DNA of 64,000 nucleotides from IMG/VR virus record IMGVR_UViG_2617270876_000003, positions 64,001 through 128,000 of that record; one strand, given 5' to 3'. The translations under genes and the position numbers were made by a program. The DNA is from a virus (lineage: Duplodnaviria > Caudoviricetes). This document shows, one piece after another, positions 10,792 through 20,570 of the stretch (position 1 is its first letter; every line of letters begins with the position of its first letter). Under the pieces are notes generated by a model. That model had not been told where the DNA came from. It saw only the letters and a program-made list of their open reading frames with translations, and ran no database searches.

Positions 10792-11055
10792 TTATTTGCG
10801 TCCATACCAACACCATCCTTCCGGTTCATCTTCTCCTAATTTCCAATCATCATTTTCACATGCTTCACAACCAGGACATGGACAATAATCATCTACATCA
10901 ACCGCATATCCAATTTGACCAGTTCCATTACAGAGATTCATTGCCTGATTGGAACTCAAATCGACACCAATATAATAGCCTTTTCCTCTTATATTCATGT
11001 TAGATTGCTGAATCTGAATTTTACTACCATTCGCAAGCACGATTTCATCCACCAA
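10792..11055 (-). CDS. hypothetical Cys-containing protein
   Basis: 87 aa, with CNGTG...CPCPGCEAC. Confidence 0.55.
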   Translation of the reverse strand: MVDEIVLANGSKIQIQQSNMNIRGKGYYIGVDLSSNQAMNLCNGTGQIGYAVDVDDYCPCPGCEACENDDWKLGEDEPEGWCWYGRK

Positions 11056-11088
11056 CTACACACCTTCTTTCCTGATAAATGATCCATT

Positions 11089-11313
11089 TTACTGGGACAA
11101 AATTTTGGCAATATGATGCAAAGACTCACTCAGACGCAAAGAACCATCGACTGTTTTCTTAACGATTTCAGTAGTAGCTAAAATCTGTTCCTCCAGCAAT
11201 TTATCTTTTACGGCTTGGATAAAGTTATTTCGACCTCCATTTAATTCAATATACTCTTGATAAGTTAGACTTCCCAAAACTTCCTTTTCAATTTCGCTTC
11301 TATTTTTAGACAT
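11089..11313 (-). CDS. hypothetical protein
   Basis: 74 aa, bounded by sites 11075 and 11332. Confidence 0.7.
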   Translation of the reverse strand: MSKNRSEIEKEVLGSLTYQEYIELNGGRNNFIQAVKDKLLEEQILATTEIVKKTVDGSLRLSESLHHIAKILSQ

Positions 11314-11345
11314 TGCCTATCTCCTTTCTAAATGAAATATCAATT

Positions 11346-11711
11346 TTATCTGCTTAATAACTTTGCCGCTACTCCATGCAGATTGTTGACTTTTTGTATC
11401 TCCTTCTTCAAAATTCTTTTAAATTCATTTTGGTCACTCACATCTGAAATTCCTTTATAGGAGAAATATGAATAACCTCTTTCGAATTTCCCTTCAGCAG
11501 AGAATTCGACTATATATTTGTAATCATCTTTCCCCAATAGTACATTTGTGGTGACAACTACGTATTTTTTGTCTTTGTGAAAACAACTAATCTCAATTGA
11601 TTCTGGATAGTAAAGTTTATATCCGTAATCAATGTAAAACTGCATGTCTCCGATAATTTCTATGCTCTCTGTTTTAATTACTTTGGGATCAATCTTATTC
11701 TGATTATTCAT
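11346..11711 (-). CDS. hypothetical protein (probable start MNNQNK)
   Basis: RBS AAAGGAAAAG. The stop lies inside site 11332. Confidence 0.65.
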   Translation of the reverse strand: MNNQNKIDPKVIKTESIEIIGDMQFYIDYGYKLYYPESIEISCFHKDKKYVVVTTNVLLGKDDYKYIVEFSAEGKFERGYSYFSYKGISDVSDQNEFKRILKKEIQKVNNLHGVAAKLLSR

Positions 11712-11958
11712 TTTTATCTTTTCCTTTCCAGCCATTAATCCATCCAACCAGCCCCTTAGACGAATAAGAAATTTCACCACCAAACAAACCGCACCAGACC
11801 AACGAACCACCTACACAGGTTAAAATCCAGAAGTATGCCCAAGCAAAACCACCACTCATCTCAACTGTTACATTGGGATATAGAATGCTGAAGACTATAA
11901 ATGGAATTGCTAAGAAAAACAAAAACCAGTTGTTCTTAAAATAATTTTTCATTTTCAA
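11704..11958 (-). CDS. small membrane protein
   Basis: Two hydrophobic helices. Confidence 0.65.
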   Translation of the reverse strand: MKMKNYFKNNWFLFFLAIPFIVFSILYPNVTVEMSGGFAWAYFWILTCVGGSLVWCGLFGGEISYSSKGLVGWINGWKGKDKNE

Positions 11959-12126
11959 ATTTCTCCATTCCTTAAAATTGGCCTTAATTTGCCTTACGCA
12001 CCGAAAATTACTATAACCTTCCTATGTTGATCATACAATTAACTCCTTGTTTCACCATTGGTTGCAGTTTGTAGAAATCAAATCAAATATGTATGATTAA
12101 AATAACTTAATGAGGAGGTGTTAAAT

Positions 12127-12270
12127 ATGGTACAAACCATTTATCAAATGATCAATAAGAAAACAAACGCTCGTACTGAATGTACCAAAAAATACATTCA
12201 GAAATGGACCAAACTTGGTTTTGAAATCGAATCAACGCGCTTTGGAAAACTATTGGATGAGGAGGTGTAA
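12127..12270 (+). CDS. 47-aa protein on the opposite strand (not in the ORF track)
   Basis: Strong RBS GAGGAGGTG, then MVQTIYQMINKKTNARTECTKKYIQKWTKLGFEIESTRFGKLLDEEV*, followed by a hairpin and T-tract. Confidence 0.7.
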   Translation: MVQTIYQMINKKTNARTECTKKYIQKWTKLGFEIESTRFGKLLDEEV

Positions 12271-12297
12271 CCTCCTTTTCTGCGTGAAATCCTTATT

Positions 12298-12543
12298 TTA
12301 TGGTTCGATATATTTGCTTACTTCTTCATATGTATCAAACATGCATCCTGAATCTTGAACAATTTCTTCTCCTTCTTGATTCAGATACTCAAAGTCAACA
12401 TCCAAGATTGCATGTTGTTTCATTAATCTAACCAAAACTTCTCTTCGAATCTCATGACCTTCTTCAATTAGATTTCCCTTGTGATACAAGCCTTCCCAAT
12501 CATTTAAACCAACGACAATGAATTTGTTTTCCATTTTAACCAC
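12298..12543 (-). CDS. hypothetical phage protein
   Basis: DWEGLY..G.L..EGH motif. The stop lies inside site 12284. Confidence 0.75.
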   Translation of the reverse strand: MVKMENKFIVVGLNDWEGLYHKGNLIEEGHEIRREVLVRLMKQHAILDVDFEYLNQEGEEIVQDSGCMFDTYEEVSKYIEP

Positions 12544-12545
12544 CT

Positions 12546-12812
12546 CTACATTGTTTTGTTGTACATATATTTCATTTCTTCTTCTAATGATTCATATCCA
12601 AATCTATGTTTTGTTTGTGGAAAGATAACCTTACTAAAGGCTAATCCACAATGCTGAATTGTAAGAATAATTTTATGATCAACGTCTTTACCGCCTGTTT
12701 CCTCTTTTTCATAAAGAAGACTAACCGTAAAGATTGGAGGTTCTTCATTGTCTTTATATTTTTCATTAACGATTTTGTCTACTTGTGTTTGAACACACTC
12801 AAAAATATCCAC
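12546..12812 (-). CDS. hypothetical protein
   Basis: 88-aa ORF with RBS. Confidence 0.7.
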   Translation of the reverse strand: MDIFECVQTQVDKIVNEKYKDNEEPPIFTVSLLYEKEETGGKDVDHKIILTIQHCGLAFSKVIFPQTKHRFGYESLEEEMKYMYNKTM

Positions 12813-12834
12813 TATTCGCCTGTCTCCTTCTGTT

Positions 12835-13059
12835 TCATTTATACACCACTCTTAAATTGCCATCATACGGACTACACAATCCTTCATCTTCCATGCGCTG
12901 CATGATGTGCATACTGGCATACCAATTAAGACCGAATACTCTATTGATCCATCCGTATGTGATTGTGCCGTTTTGAATGGCTTTGTTTACGACTTGTTCA
13001 TAAATTAAATCGGACTTATCAATTGAGTTGTCCATGTATTCCTGGGTAAATTCTATCAT
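12835..13059 (-). CDS. FtsK-gamma-like winged-helix protein
   Basis: LIYEQVV...ITYGWINRVFGLNWYASMHIMQRMEDEGLCSPYDG resembles the FtsK gamma domain (LQR.L.IGYNRAARII..ME..G.V.P..G). Confidence 0.55.
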   Translation of the reverse strand: MIEFTQEYMDNSIDKSDLIYEQVVNKAIQNGTITYGWINRVFGLNWYASMHIMQRMEDEGLCSPYDGNLRVVYK

Positions 13060-13069
13060 TGGCTATCTC

Positions 13070-13312
13070 CTATTGATATTGGATTTTATCAATTCGTTTT
13101 TGAAGTTTCTGCTTTGCTCTACGCTTCTTAGTGCGTTGCTGAATCTTTTGTAGGCGCTGAATTTCTGAACTTTTTTCAATTACCTCTACAAAGCGTTTGC
13201 CGTCTACTTCAATTGGTTTAACTTCAATGCTATTAGTTACTTCGACAATATCGTTTTGCTGAACCAAAGACTTTTCTTTCTTCTTAAACAGATTTCTAAG
13301 ACAAAATGCCAT
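13070..13312 (-). CDS. basic hypothetical protein
   Basis: 80 aa, with the RTKKRRAKQKLQKRI motif. Confidence 0.7.
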   Translation of the reverse strand: MAFCLRNLFKKKEKSLVQQNDIVEVTNSIEVKPIEVDGKRFVEVIEKSSEIQRLQKIQQRTKKRRAKQKLQKRIDKIQYQ

Positions 13313-13422
13313 ATTATTATTCTCCTTTTATTTTTATTTTCTTAATCAAATACGAATTATATAATTATTGAAAAAAATTAATTTACATGGTATAATCTTC
13401 TTCCAATCTTGGGGAAGAAAGG

Positions 13423-13629
13423 GTGTTGTGCGTGGCTACTCTTTATAAAACACACGAACGTGCATTATTGGATTGGGCAAGCGATAAGGTTTCCGATCCT
13501 GTAGAGATGGGTAAAATTGCTCCATTGATTGCTCAATCACTGAATCGAACCGAATGTGCAATTCGGAAGCAAATTGAAGAGCGTAAGAAAGCCAAAGGTC
13601 ACAGGGAATTCTTCTGGGCTAACACATAA
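13423..13629 (+). CDS. small Myb/RsfA-like HTH protein
   Basis: IAQSLNRTECAIRKQI. It has its own extended -10 (TGGTATAAT at about 13388) and a terminator at 13638-13665. Confidence 0.6.
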   Translation: MLCVATLYKTHERALLDWASDKVSDPVEMGKIAPLIAQSLNRTECAIRKQIEERKKAKGHREFFWANT

Positions 13630-14061
13630 ACTCAATTTCTCCCCTTCATGGGGAGTTTTTATTTTGTCTTTCTTAATTCATCCACCAATTGCTGCACCTT
13701 CAGGCCATATTCCTTTCGACTATCCAGTGATGCAGCAATGATGTTGTTTACATCCCATTTATTCTGTTTAATATCGTTCAGGATTTTTTCAATTGGCGTT
13801 TCTGCTATGTATTTTATAGTGTTAAGTCTGTTCATGACAATCATATTCCAAATTCACAATCTCAAATTCTATATTTAGTGCTTTTAGTACATTCATCAGT
13901 AATCCTTTGTTCACTTCACTATATTCACTTACCAATTTATCATTAACAAAAATTCTTGTGCCATATTCTCCACTAAAAGGGTCTCCCTTTGTATAATCCC
14001 AATCCTGAAAAAATATCTTATCCATTACTTCTTCTCCTTTTCTCATAAAATAACAGTTTGA

Positions 14062-14322
14062 TCAAATTAACACTTCATGTATCATAAGTCTCTTATCGTA
14101 TTGTTTCTTTGTTAATTCATACAATACATAGTAATTTGGTGTGTCTATTACATATCCGGTAATTAAATAATATCTAGGAACATTTCCATCTGGAACAATG
14201 ACGTGTCTGTTTATTTCAGAAAATAGTGGTGAACTGATTAACTTTCTTGACGGAATTCCCTTAATTTCCTCTTTAGTTAGGTGATTAATCAGCTTCATAT
14301 TGATCCATTTTTCTTTCAACAT
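14062..14322 (-). CDS. hypothetical protein
   Basis: 86-aa ORF that ends at site 14045. Confidence 0.6.
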   Translation of the reverse strand: MLKEKWINMKLINHLTKEEIKGIPSRKLISSPLFSEINRHVIVPDGNVPRYYLITGYVIDTPNYYVLYELTKKQYDKRLMIHEVLI

Positions 14323-14456
14323 CGTCTTTAATATCTTTCAATTTATCTCTAAACTCAATCATGTCACTGTACGTCAAAACATCGTCTTCATAATCCATAA
14401 GAAGTTCTTTGAAAATATCTAAATTAACAGACATAATTATCGCTCCTTGATCAATT

Positions 14457-14990
14457 TTAGACTTCTTCGTTCTCAGTTTTGATTATGAATTCAATGATTT
14501 TTACGGCTTTATCAAAATCATAATTAACAACTTTATAATCAAACTTTTTATCTCTGAACTTGATACCATCTTGAGTAATGCGACTTAGAATTTTATCCAC
14601 ACTATCACCACGTTTTTGCATTCTTTTAATTCTCGTACTCTTGTCAACTTTAATATAGATTGTGATGAACTCAATGTCTTTAGTTTTTTGCTTGAGGTCA
14701 ACAATTCCATCAGGATCACAAACATATATATCCGTGTTATAAAGCTGATTTTTTGTACTAAAGTAATGATTCCCTTCAATTAACGAGTAAGCCGCAATTT
14801 CGCCTTTACTCTTAAATTCTTCATATTCTTCAGCAGTGCAGAACATATGTCCATACTCATTTTCATAGCGTGGTTGACGAGTTGTATATGATTGAAGGAC
14901 ATTATATCCTTTCGTTTCTAGGTGTTTAGCAATCTCTGTTTTTCCCGCTCCAGAGTAAGCCATTAAAATATACAATTTCTTCTTCATCAA
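14457..14990 (-). CDS. gmk: guanylate kinase-like protein
   Basis: AYSGAGKT P-loop, SYTTRQPR, and RMQKRGDS..KI..RI..D. Confidence 0.88.
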   Translation of the reverse strand: MMKKKLYILMAYSGAGKTEIAKHLETKGYNVLQSYTTRQPRYENEYGHMFCTAEEYEEFKSKGEIAAYSLIEGNHYFSTKNQLYNTDIYVCDPDGIVDLKQKTKDIEFITIYIKVDKSTRIKRMQKRGDSVDKILSRITQDGIKFRDKKFDYKVVNYDFDKAVKIIEFIIKTENEEV

Positions 14991-15565
14991 ATCTTCCCTT
15001 TCCCCATTTTGATAATTCTAACCTTTAAATTCCTAACGCCAAAGTTTAATGCTTCTTTATGACTTTCTATGTATAAATCCAAACGTCTGCCACGAATTGC
15101 GGAGCCAGAATCGGTAATTGTTCTAATCCCAACGGACTCAATTTCAATAACCGTTCCTATTGGCAAGATGTTTAAATCTGCGCTAACTGTGCGCCCTTCT
15201 TTGACCTTTTCTCCAGATTTGGTAATCCTATAACCTTTATCTCCTGGACTTTTACCTGTGGATTGTACACCAGAATCATAGGCAGTTATTCTGTACGTCG
15301 TCCAATTATCATTATTCTTCTTTTTATTAATTATTTTTTCAGCAGTTTTCTTCGTTTCTGATTCAGTCTTAAGTTTATTTACCATTCCAACTTGCTTAAT
15401 ATGTATTTGTTTTTCTTCTCTTTCGTCGTCCTTAACGGCTTGAGCAACTTGATTAATCGTCACTGTGTTTTTCATTTCTTTTATTACGTCTACGCTTTGC
15501 ACTGTGTTAAAGTGTGAGCTAGGTAGTACGAATAAAAGAGAGAGTAATAATCTCTCTAGCATCAT
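14987..15565 (-). CDS. secreted 3D-domain protein (YorM-like, peptidoglycan-acting)
   Basis: Signal peptide, then ITAY...ITKSG...GRTVSADLNILPIGT...DSGSAIRGRRLDLY...ALNFG. Confidence 0.9.
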   Translation of the reverse strand: MMLERLLLSLLFVLPSSHFNTVQSVDVIKEMKNTVTINQVAQAVKDDEREEKQIHIKQVGMVNKLKTESETKKTAEKIINKKKNNDNWTTYRITAYDSGVQSTGKSPGDKGYRITKSGEKVKEGRTVSADLNILPIGTVIEIESVGIRTITDSGSAIRGRRLDLYIESHKEALNFGVRNLKVRIIKMGKGKI

Positions 15566-15584
15566 AACCTCCTGATTTTAAATA

Positions 15585-15612
15585 TAGCCCCACTTGTTAC
15601 AGTGAGGCTATT
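15585..15612. terminator. intrinsic terminator
   Basis: ATAGCCCCACT...AGTGAGGCTAT hairpin. Confidence 0.55.
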
Positions 15613-15810
15613 GTATTTTTATTTACTTATCATTGCCTTTCTACTTCAAACCATATCCCCATACTACTATCATTTCTAATTTTCATTGCATGATTAAAAG
15701 CAGAAGTATGATTTTCAAATACTAGATGATTATTGTTACTGTCAACAGCATAACTACTCATTTTTCTACCTACATTAATTTTTACTTTATACAAAATATC
15801 ATAACTCTCT

Positions 15811-16200
15811 TTAATGCTTACAGCATCCCTTTACTTCTTCAACTTTTACTTGTCCAAGTGGAGTTACAATTACCGTAGCATCAGACAGAGTGAGTTTCTT
15901 TTCGGTCAATGTTGTGTACACTCCAGCGTTAAATTTTGCATTTTCTTGATCTGGCGCAACAAGTTTAGCGTCAATAATAATTTCCTTCTGTTTTGTTACT
16001 ACAATAACCTGATATAGAGTTTCCATTTTTTCATTCTCCCTTAGATTATAATTATTAAATGATGTTTTCAGTACAACATCTCCTGATTGAGTTGTCGTTG
16101 TGGTTCCACTAAGGATGTTGCTAATCTTATCACTAGTAATCCAACTACCTGAACTAATCGTAGGGTTTAAGATTGCAAATCCATCATTATGATTATACAT
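15811..16200 (-). CDS. hypothetical protein
   Basis: 129 aa with RBS. Confidence 0.65.
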   Translation of the reverse strand: MYNHNDGFAILNPTISSGSWITSDKISNILSGTTTTTQSGDVVLKTSFNNYNLRENEKMETLYQVIVVTKQKEIIIDAKLVAPDQENAKFNAGVYTTLTEKKLTLSDATVIVTPLGQVKVEEVKGCCKH

Positions 16201-16317
16201 ATTTTCTCCTATTCTTAATATATTTTTGCTATATATAGTTTGTATAATTTGAGTAACATACTATATATAGATGTCAAATCACGTTAAAATCTGTCTTTTA
16301 TTCAAACCTATGTATTA

Positions 16318-17310
16318 TTACTTTACTTCTTCAAGTGCTTTTACTTCATCATTCAATTCATCAAGAACGCCAACCATCATTTCTACATGATTTTTCGTAA
16401 AGTCAGTGACCTTTTTACCTTTACCAAGTCCATTTTCAATAATTTCAGTAACAACATCGCCCTTATTATTTGAATGAAGAAGTTTACCAGCAGCAATAAT
16501 TTCGGCTTTGAGTTTTTCGAAATCCAAAACTTCTGATTTTAGTGTTTCTTTTTGCTCATTGTAAGATACTGCTTTAATCCCCTCTACTTCTTCTTGACGC
16601 TCAATGGCTTTAATAATTGCTTCCTCAAGAGCTTCTGCTGTAAATTCTTGTAGTCCAGTTTGGATGTAATCAAAACGACTACGAGCAAAGAATTTATCGG
16701 TCTCGGCAAGGAAAGCAGACGACTTAATGACTTGATTCTTTTCGTCTGTACCATTAGAACGAACATGAACAACAATATCACTATTATCGATGATTGGTGC
16801 CAGTGCTCTCTTATCTCCTTTAGGCCATACTTTACCTTCCTTATCTTCTGTCTGGTGGGCAATGAACACAACCGTAAATCCTGCACCGATCAACTTGTCG
16901 ATTTCTTCCCAGTATGCAGTTTCATATTCCTTCCATAGACCAAATCCATCTCGACCAGAAGCAATCGTATCAGAATCATATTTGTCGCAAATGAATTTAG
17001 AGCAATAACGTGCAGATGCTTCAACCTCATCAAAAATAATTGTCTGATAAAACTCTTTTGCTTTCTCTACTGTTGATTTATGTGTAAGCTGCTTATTAAC
17101 TTTTTTAAAATCAGACCAGTTATTGATAGCAGCGAATGGTACACCAGCAATAGCATTTAAACCTTTTTCAAAGCCAAGATAGTACGGTTTCTTAAAACGT
17201 GTTGCTTGCTTTGTCTTACCTAAGTTATTGCTTCCGTAAATCGTAATGATTTTTCCCTCAAGACCTTTTGCTACCTTGGAAACAACCGGATTAAAAATAT
17301 CTAGTGACAT
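16318..17310 (-). CDS. AAA_24-type ATPase (SPbeta YorG-like, Sak4-like recombination protein)
   Basis: YGSNNLGKT Walker A, FEKG, IIFDE Walker B, VVFIAH and FARSRF. Confidence 0.88.
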   Translation of the reverse strand: MSLDIFNPVVSKVAKGLEGKIITIYGSNNLGKTKQATRFKKPYYLGFEKGLNAIAGVPFAAINNWSDFKKVNKQLTHKSTVEKAKEFYQTIIFDEVEASARYCSKFICDKYDSDTIASGRDGFGLWKEYETAYWEEIDKLIGAGFTVVFIAHQTEDKEGKVWPKGDKRALAPIIDNSDIVVHVRSNGTDEKNQVIKSSAFLAETDKFFARSRFDYIQTGLQEFTAEALEEAIIKAIERQEEVEGIKAVSYNEQKETLKSEVLDFEKLKAEIIAAGKLLHSNNKGDVVTEIIENGLGKGKKVTDFTKNHVEMMVGVLDELNDEVKALEEVK

Positions 17311-17347
17311 ATTTATAAAATCTCTCCTTGTTCAGTGATTTTTGTGT

Positions 17348-17375
17348 GGGTAGTCATATACCAAATGACTACCCA
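17348..17375. terminator. hairpin between the SSB-like and ATPase genes
   Basis: TGGGTAGTCAT...ATGACTACCCA. Confidence 0.55.
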
Positions 17376-17412
17376 ATATTAGAATTTTAGTTATTACATT
17401 ATTTTTTACTTA

Positions 17413-18381
17413 TTAAAAAGGCAAATCGTCGTCCGAGATATCAATTGGCTTTCCTGCTCCGAACGTATTTTCATCAGGCGCAAACGGATCTTTCTTTGTG
17501 TTTGCACTAGAGAAGGGGTCATTATTATTGTTTCCACTGCCACCATTCCGCTGCTCTTTTGCCTTCTTCTTGTCTCTCATGCCTTGAATGTAAACTTCTT
17601 CACGATACTTTAGGGCTTTTTTAACCAGTTCTACATCAAAAGCATTTTTATCGTCTTCATCAAGGGGAACAGATCCACCTTCTACGAGGTATTCACGAAC
17701 TGTTTTGCGGTCAATCTTTTCTTGTGGTTCTCCAAAACCCACTTCAACTAGACGTTTTGTTACAATAGTTTGATTGACAATTTTGCCATGAACCGATACC
17801 GTCAACCCTTTCTCATAATTATTTGTAACGTAATTAACTGCGTGAGGATTAGCCACAACCACTTCAAAAGGAATTACCGATCCATTGTACATAGGAATGT
17901 AGCCTTTGATGATTGCCCGACCTGTTTCTTCTCCATCTTTTGTTTCCTCTTTAACATTTGCCACCATCATATCTAGCGAAAAAGTAGCTTGAGGATTAAA
18001 TTCTTCATTATCTTTTACTCGATTAATAAAATTGGAGTTGATTTTTGGATAAGATTTCAGTTTGTCGTCTTGTCCAATGTATTCATTGAGATCAACCTTG
18101 CCTTGAGTAACACGAACTCTGTCTCCCTCTTTTAGCTCTTCTTGAATTGTTTTGATTCCTTTGTAAATGGAATTAATATCTGTAGTGCCTTTTTTTAGTT
18201 TAAAGGAAAACACATTGATTGTATGGATAGAGTTTTCATCAACTTGAATATCAACCTCACCCTTAATCAGTTCCCGTCCATCTGGCATAGGCAGTTTATC
18301 TTCTTCAATACGAACTTCTTTTACGATACCTTCAATATGTACAACATTTTGCGCCTCTTGCAAAGTTTTTTCATTAGTCAT
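17413..18381 (-). CDS. YorF-like single-stranded DNA-binding protein
   Basis: Tandem OB-fold-like halves and an acidic SSB-type tail DISDDDLPF, adjacent to the YorG-like ATPase. Confidence 0.82.
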   Translation of the reverse strand: MTNEKTLQEAQNVVHIEGIVKEVRIEEDKLPMPDGRELIKGEVDIQVDENSIHTINVFSFKLKKGTTDINSIYKGIKTIQEELKEGDRVRVTQGKVDLNEYIGQDDKLKSYPKINSNFINRVKDNEEFNPQATFSLDMMVANVKEETKDGEETGRAIIKGYIPMYNGSVIPFEVVVANPHAVNYVTNNYEKGLTVSVHGKIVNQTIVTKRLVEVGFGEPQEKIDRKTVREYLVEGGSVPLDEDDKNAFDVELVKKALKYREEVYIQGMRDKKKAKEQRNGGSGNNNNDPFSSANTKKDPFAPDENTFGAGKPIDISDDDLPF

Positions 18382-18507
18382 TATTAATTTATCTCTCCTA
18401 TAATATGTATTATTTTAGTTTTTAAAAGATTATATTTTAGTTTTATCAGCGCGTTTATTGTTTAGGTGGACTTCGCATTGAACAAGTATCTATGCCCTCA
18501 CATCCTT

Positions 18508-19443
18508 TCAAAATCCAAATTTATTGAATCCTTCTTTTATAACTTCATTATCTTCCTCGAATGGTGAACCAGTTATCGTTCGTGGCTCCAAATCTTCTTT
18601 TGAGTATTTTTCAGACTCTAAGACACTCCCACCTGTAACAACTAATTCTTTTATTGATGTGCCAACAACAACTCGCTGTCCTTCATCATTTGTTGTTATT
18701 GGCACATAATGCCGTATGTTTCCATACACCTTGATTAACGAACCAAAGTGAATTTTATTGCTCAAATAATCAATTAATTCAGTGTTATCGCCTGATTTAT
18801 AAACGATAAAGTTGTAAGGAATTGCTCTAAAGCCACTCGACTCTTTAATAACTATTTTTCCAAATAAACTATATTTATTTTTATCTATTTGCTCAAAACC
18901 CACAAAAATAACTTCCTGGCTAAAATAAGCCGATATAAAATATTTTTTATCGTCAAAGTTGATTGGATCGTAAGAATAAATACTTTTGATAGTAAACTTT
19001 TCTTGTATTTCTCCATTATAATCTTCAATCTTCGTTGTACCTCTGATCAGTATGGTGTCTCCATCATTTAAATTACTGTTTAGATAGGTGATTGCGTCAT
19101 AACTCATCTGCACTAAATCAGATGGTTCATCATTGATATTTATCTTTATCATATTCGGAATCTTATATTTCTTAGTAATGAATTTATTTAATTCGTTCCA
19201 ATCAACCATTATGTATTTATTATCTTCTCTATTACCATATGCTTCATATACTTTAACCCTTGATGTTTTCATACCCATCAATTCCACATATACAAAGGCG
19301 TTATGGCTTACCTTTATTCCGAATTGTAGTCTTTTCCATTGGCAATCTTCCTTCTCTCCTTCTGTTACGGATTTCGTACTGGACAATCCAGTTACAATTC
19401 CTATTGCTTCGAAGTAACCGTATGTCGGCTGAAGTTCCATCAA
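18508..19443 (-). CDS. second OB-fold/SSB-like protein (paralogue of the neighbouring gene)
   Basis: Similar architecture (IKVYGNI...KELVVTGG) and a C-terminal SPFEED...FGF. Confidence 0.6.
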   Translation of the reverse strand: MMELQPTYGYFEAIGIVTGLSSTKSVTEGEKEDCQWKRLQFGIKVSHNAFVYVELMGMKTSRVKVYEAYGNREDNKYIMVDWNELNKFITKKYKIPNMIKININDEPSDLVQMSYDAITYLNSNLNDGDTILIRGTTKIEDYNGEIQEKFTIKSIYSYDPINFDDKKYFISAYFSQEVIFVGFEQIDKNKYSLFGKIVIKESSGFRAIPYNFIVYKSGDNTELIDYLSNKIHFGSLIKVYGNIRHYVPITTNDEGQRVVVGTSIKELVVTGGSVLESEKYSKEDLEPRTITGSPFEEDNEVIKEGFNKFGF

Positions 19444-19461
19444 CTCACTACCTTAATAAAT

Positions 19462-19665
19462 TTATCTAAAGTCTTCCGCAGGAACCCAAGCTTCATACCC
19501 ATTATCGAATTCAACTCTCAAGTCCTGCTCGTAGCAGCCATTAAACAAATCTGATTTCTCGTCGATTACAACCCCACAATCACCATACTCGATTTCACCC
19601 TCACTATCATAACTATGTGAGAACAATTCTACTCTGTCTCCTACTTCATAAAATAATCCCTTCAA
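19462..19665 (-). CDS. small SH3-like hypothetical protein
   Basis: YEVGDRVEL...G.V...VEFDNG...WV. Confidence 0.6.
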   Translation of the reverse strand: MKGLFYEVGDRVELFSHSYDSEGEIEYGDCGVVIDEKSDLFNGCYEQDLRVEFDNGYEAWVPAEDFR

Positions 19666-19847
19666 TGTACTACCTCCTAAATATTAATCGTTTATGTAAT
19701 CGTGCAACTTCACACGTTATTTTAGTACTTCCTCGCTTCAATATCTTTATAAAAGTATTCTTTCAATTAATTATTATTTATTTTTATCTTATAAAGTAAT
19801 TCTATATATTAACGCCTCTAGAAAGCGATACATATTATCTTTAATCT

Positions 19848-19895
19848 CAGAATAACATACAATATATTAATTATCAATACTTATTTTTACTTTAT
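19848..19895 (-). promoter_or_regulatory. promoter with ATAAAGTAAAAATA box driving the recombination/SSB block
   Basis: ATAAAGTAAAAATAAGTA-TTGATA-17 bp-TATTCT. Confidence 0.7.
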
Positions 19896-19925
19896 AAGTT
19901 TAAGCCGAACTCTTTAGTCCGGCCA

Positions 19926-20333
19926 TTATACATACAGTAAGCATTCCATGTACCAGATGTCAAAATTAGACTTACTATGTATGTTGTACAAGTGTGCAGG
20001 ATCGTGCTGTAAAAGAGATATCTTTTTATGATTCAAAGGTTCCTGGAATAATTGCTGCAAAGCATTCTTTTTATCCTTCTTGAAAAATGAAACAAATTCA
20101 TCGCTGGAATTAAACCTATTTTCTTTTAATCGTTTTTTTCTTAAAGAGAAGGTATGTAATTCAATCTCTCTTCTATTTTTACTTTTACATTTATCAATAA
20201 ATCTGGCTTGTTTCTCTTCGTCCCCTTCTGTTACAAATTCAAACATCTCCCAAAATCCAGTGGCGTTTTTGTTGATTTTTAGTGCTTCGCAATAATCTGA
20301 TTTCATTTGCTTCTCTCCATTTTCTGTTTTCAT
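19926..20333 (-). CDS. hypothetical protein downstream of the agr-like cassette
   Basis: 135-aa ORF. Confidence 0.65.
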   Translation of the reverse strand: MKTENGEKQMKSDYCEALKINKNATGFWEMFEFVTEGDEEKQARFIDKCKSKNRREIELHTFSLRKKRLKENRFNSSDEFVSFFKKDKKNALQQLFQEPLNHKKISLLQHDPAHLYNIHSKSNFDIWYMECLLYV

Positions 20334-20570
20334 ATTTTTGTAGTACTTATCACCTATTTCTTATTTACTAGTTTATAATTTCACCCATTTTTATGCAATA
20401 AAGTTAAGTTTGGGACGAATATTTGTTGACAATTACCCATAACTCGTCTTTAAAGTAAATAAATGTCGATTAGTGTCATAAATAAAGTCGAATGAAGGAC
20501 TATTGTTCTATTTATGTAATATATATCACCAATATATAATAAATCATCTTTTTATTTGTCCTTATTCTTG

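Larger units (their letters stand above)
98..16301. repeat. Cluster 1 of 18-bp palindromic junction sites (RTRAAA-N6-TTTYAY)
   Basis: Copies start at 98, 1394, 2583, 4310, 4510, 5999, 6966, 7475, 8447, 9194, 9932, 10626, 11075, 11332, 12284, 13345 (degenerate), 14045 and 16284. Examples: 1394 ATGAAA-CACGCA-TTTCAT and 7475 ATGAAA-GTTATA-TTTCAT. All lie at gene junctions. Confidence 0.85.
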
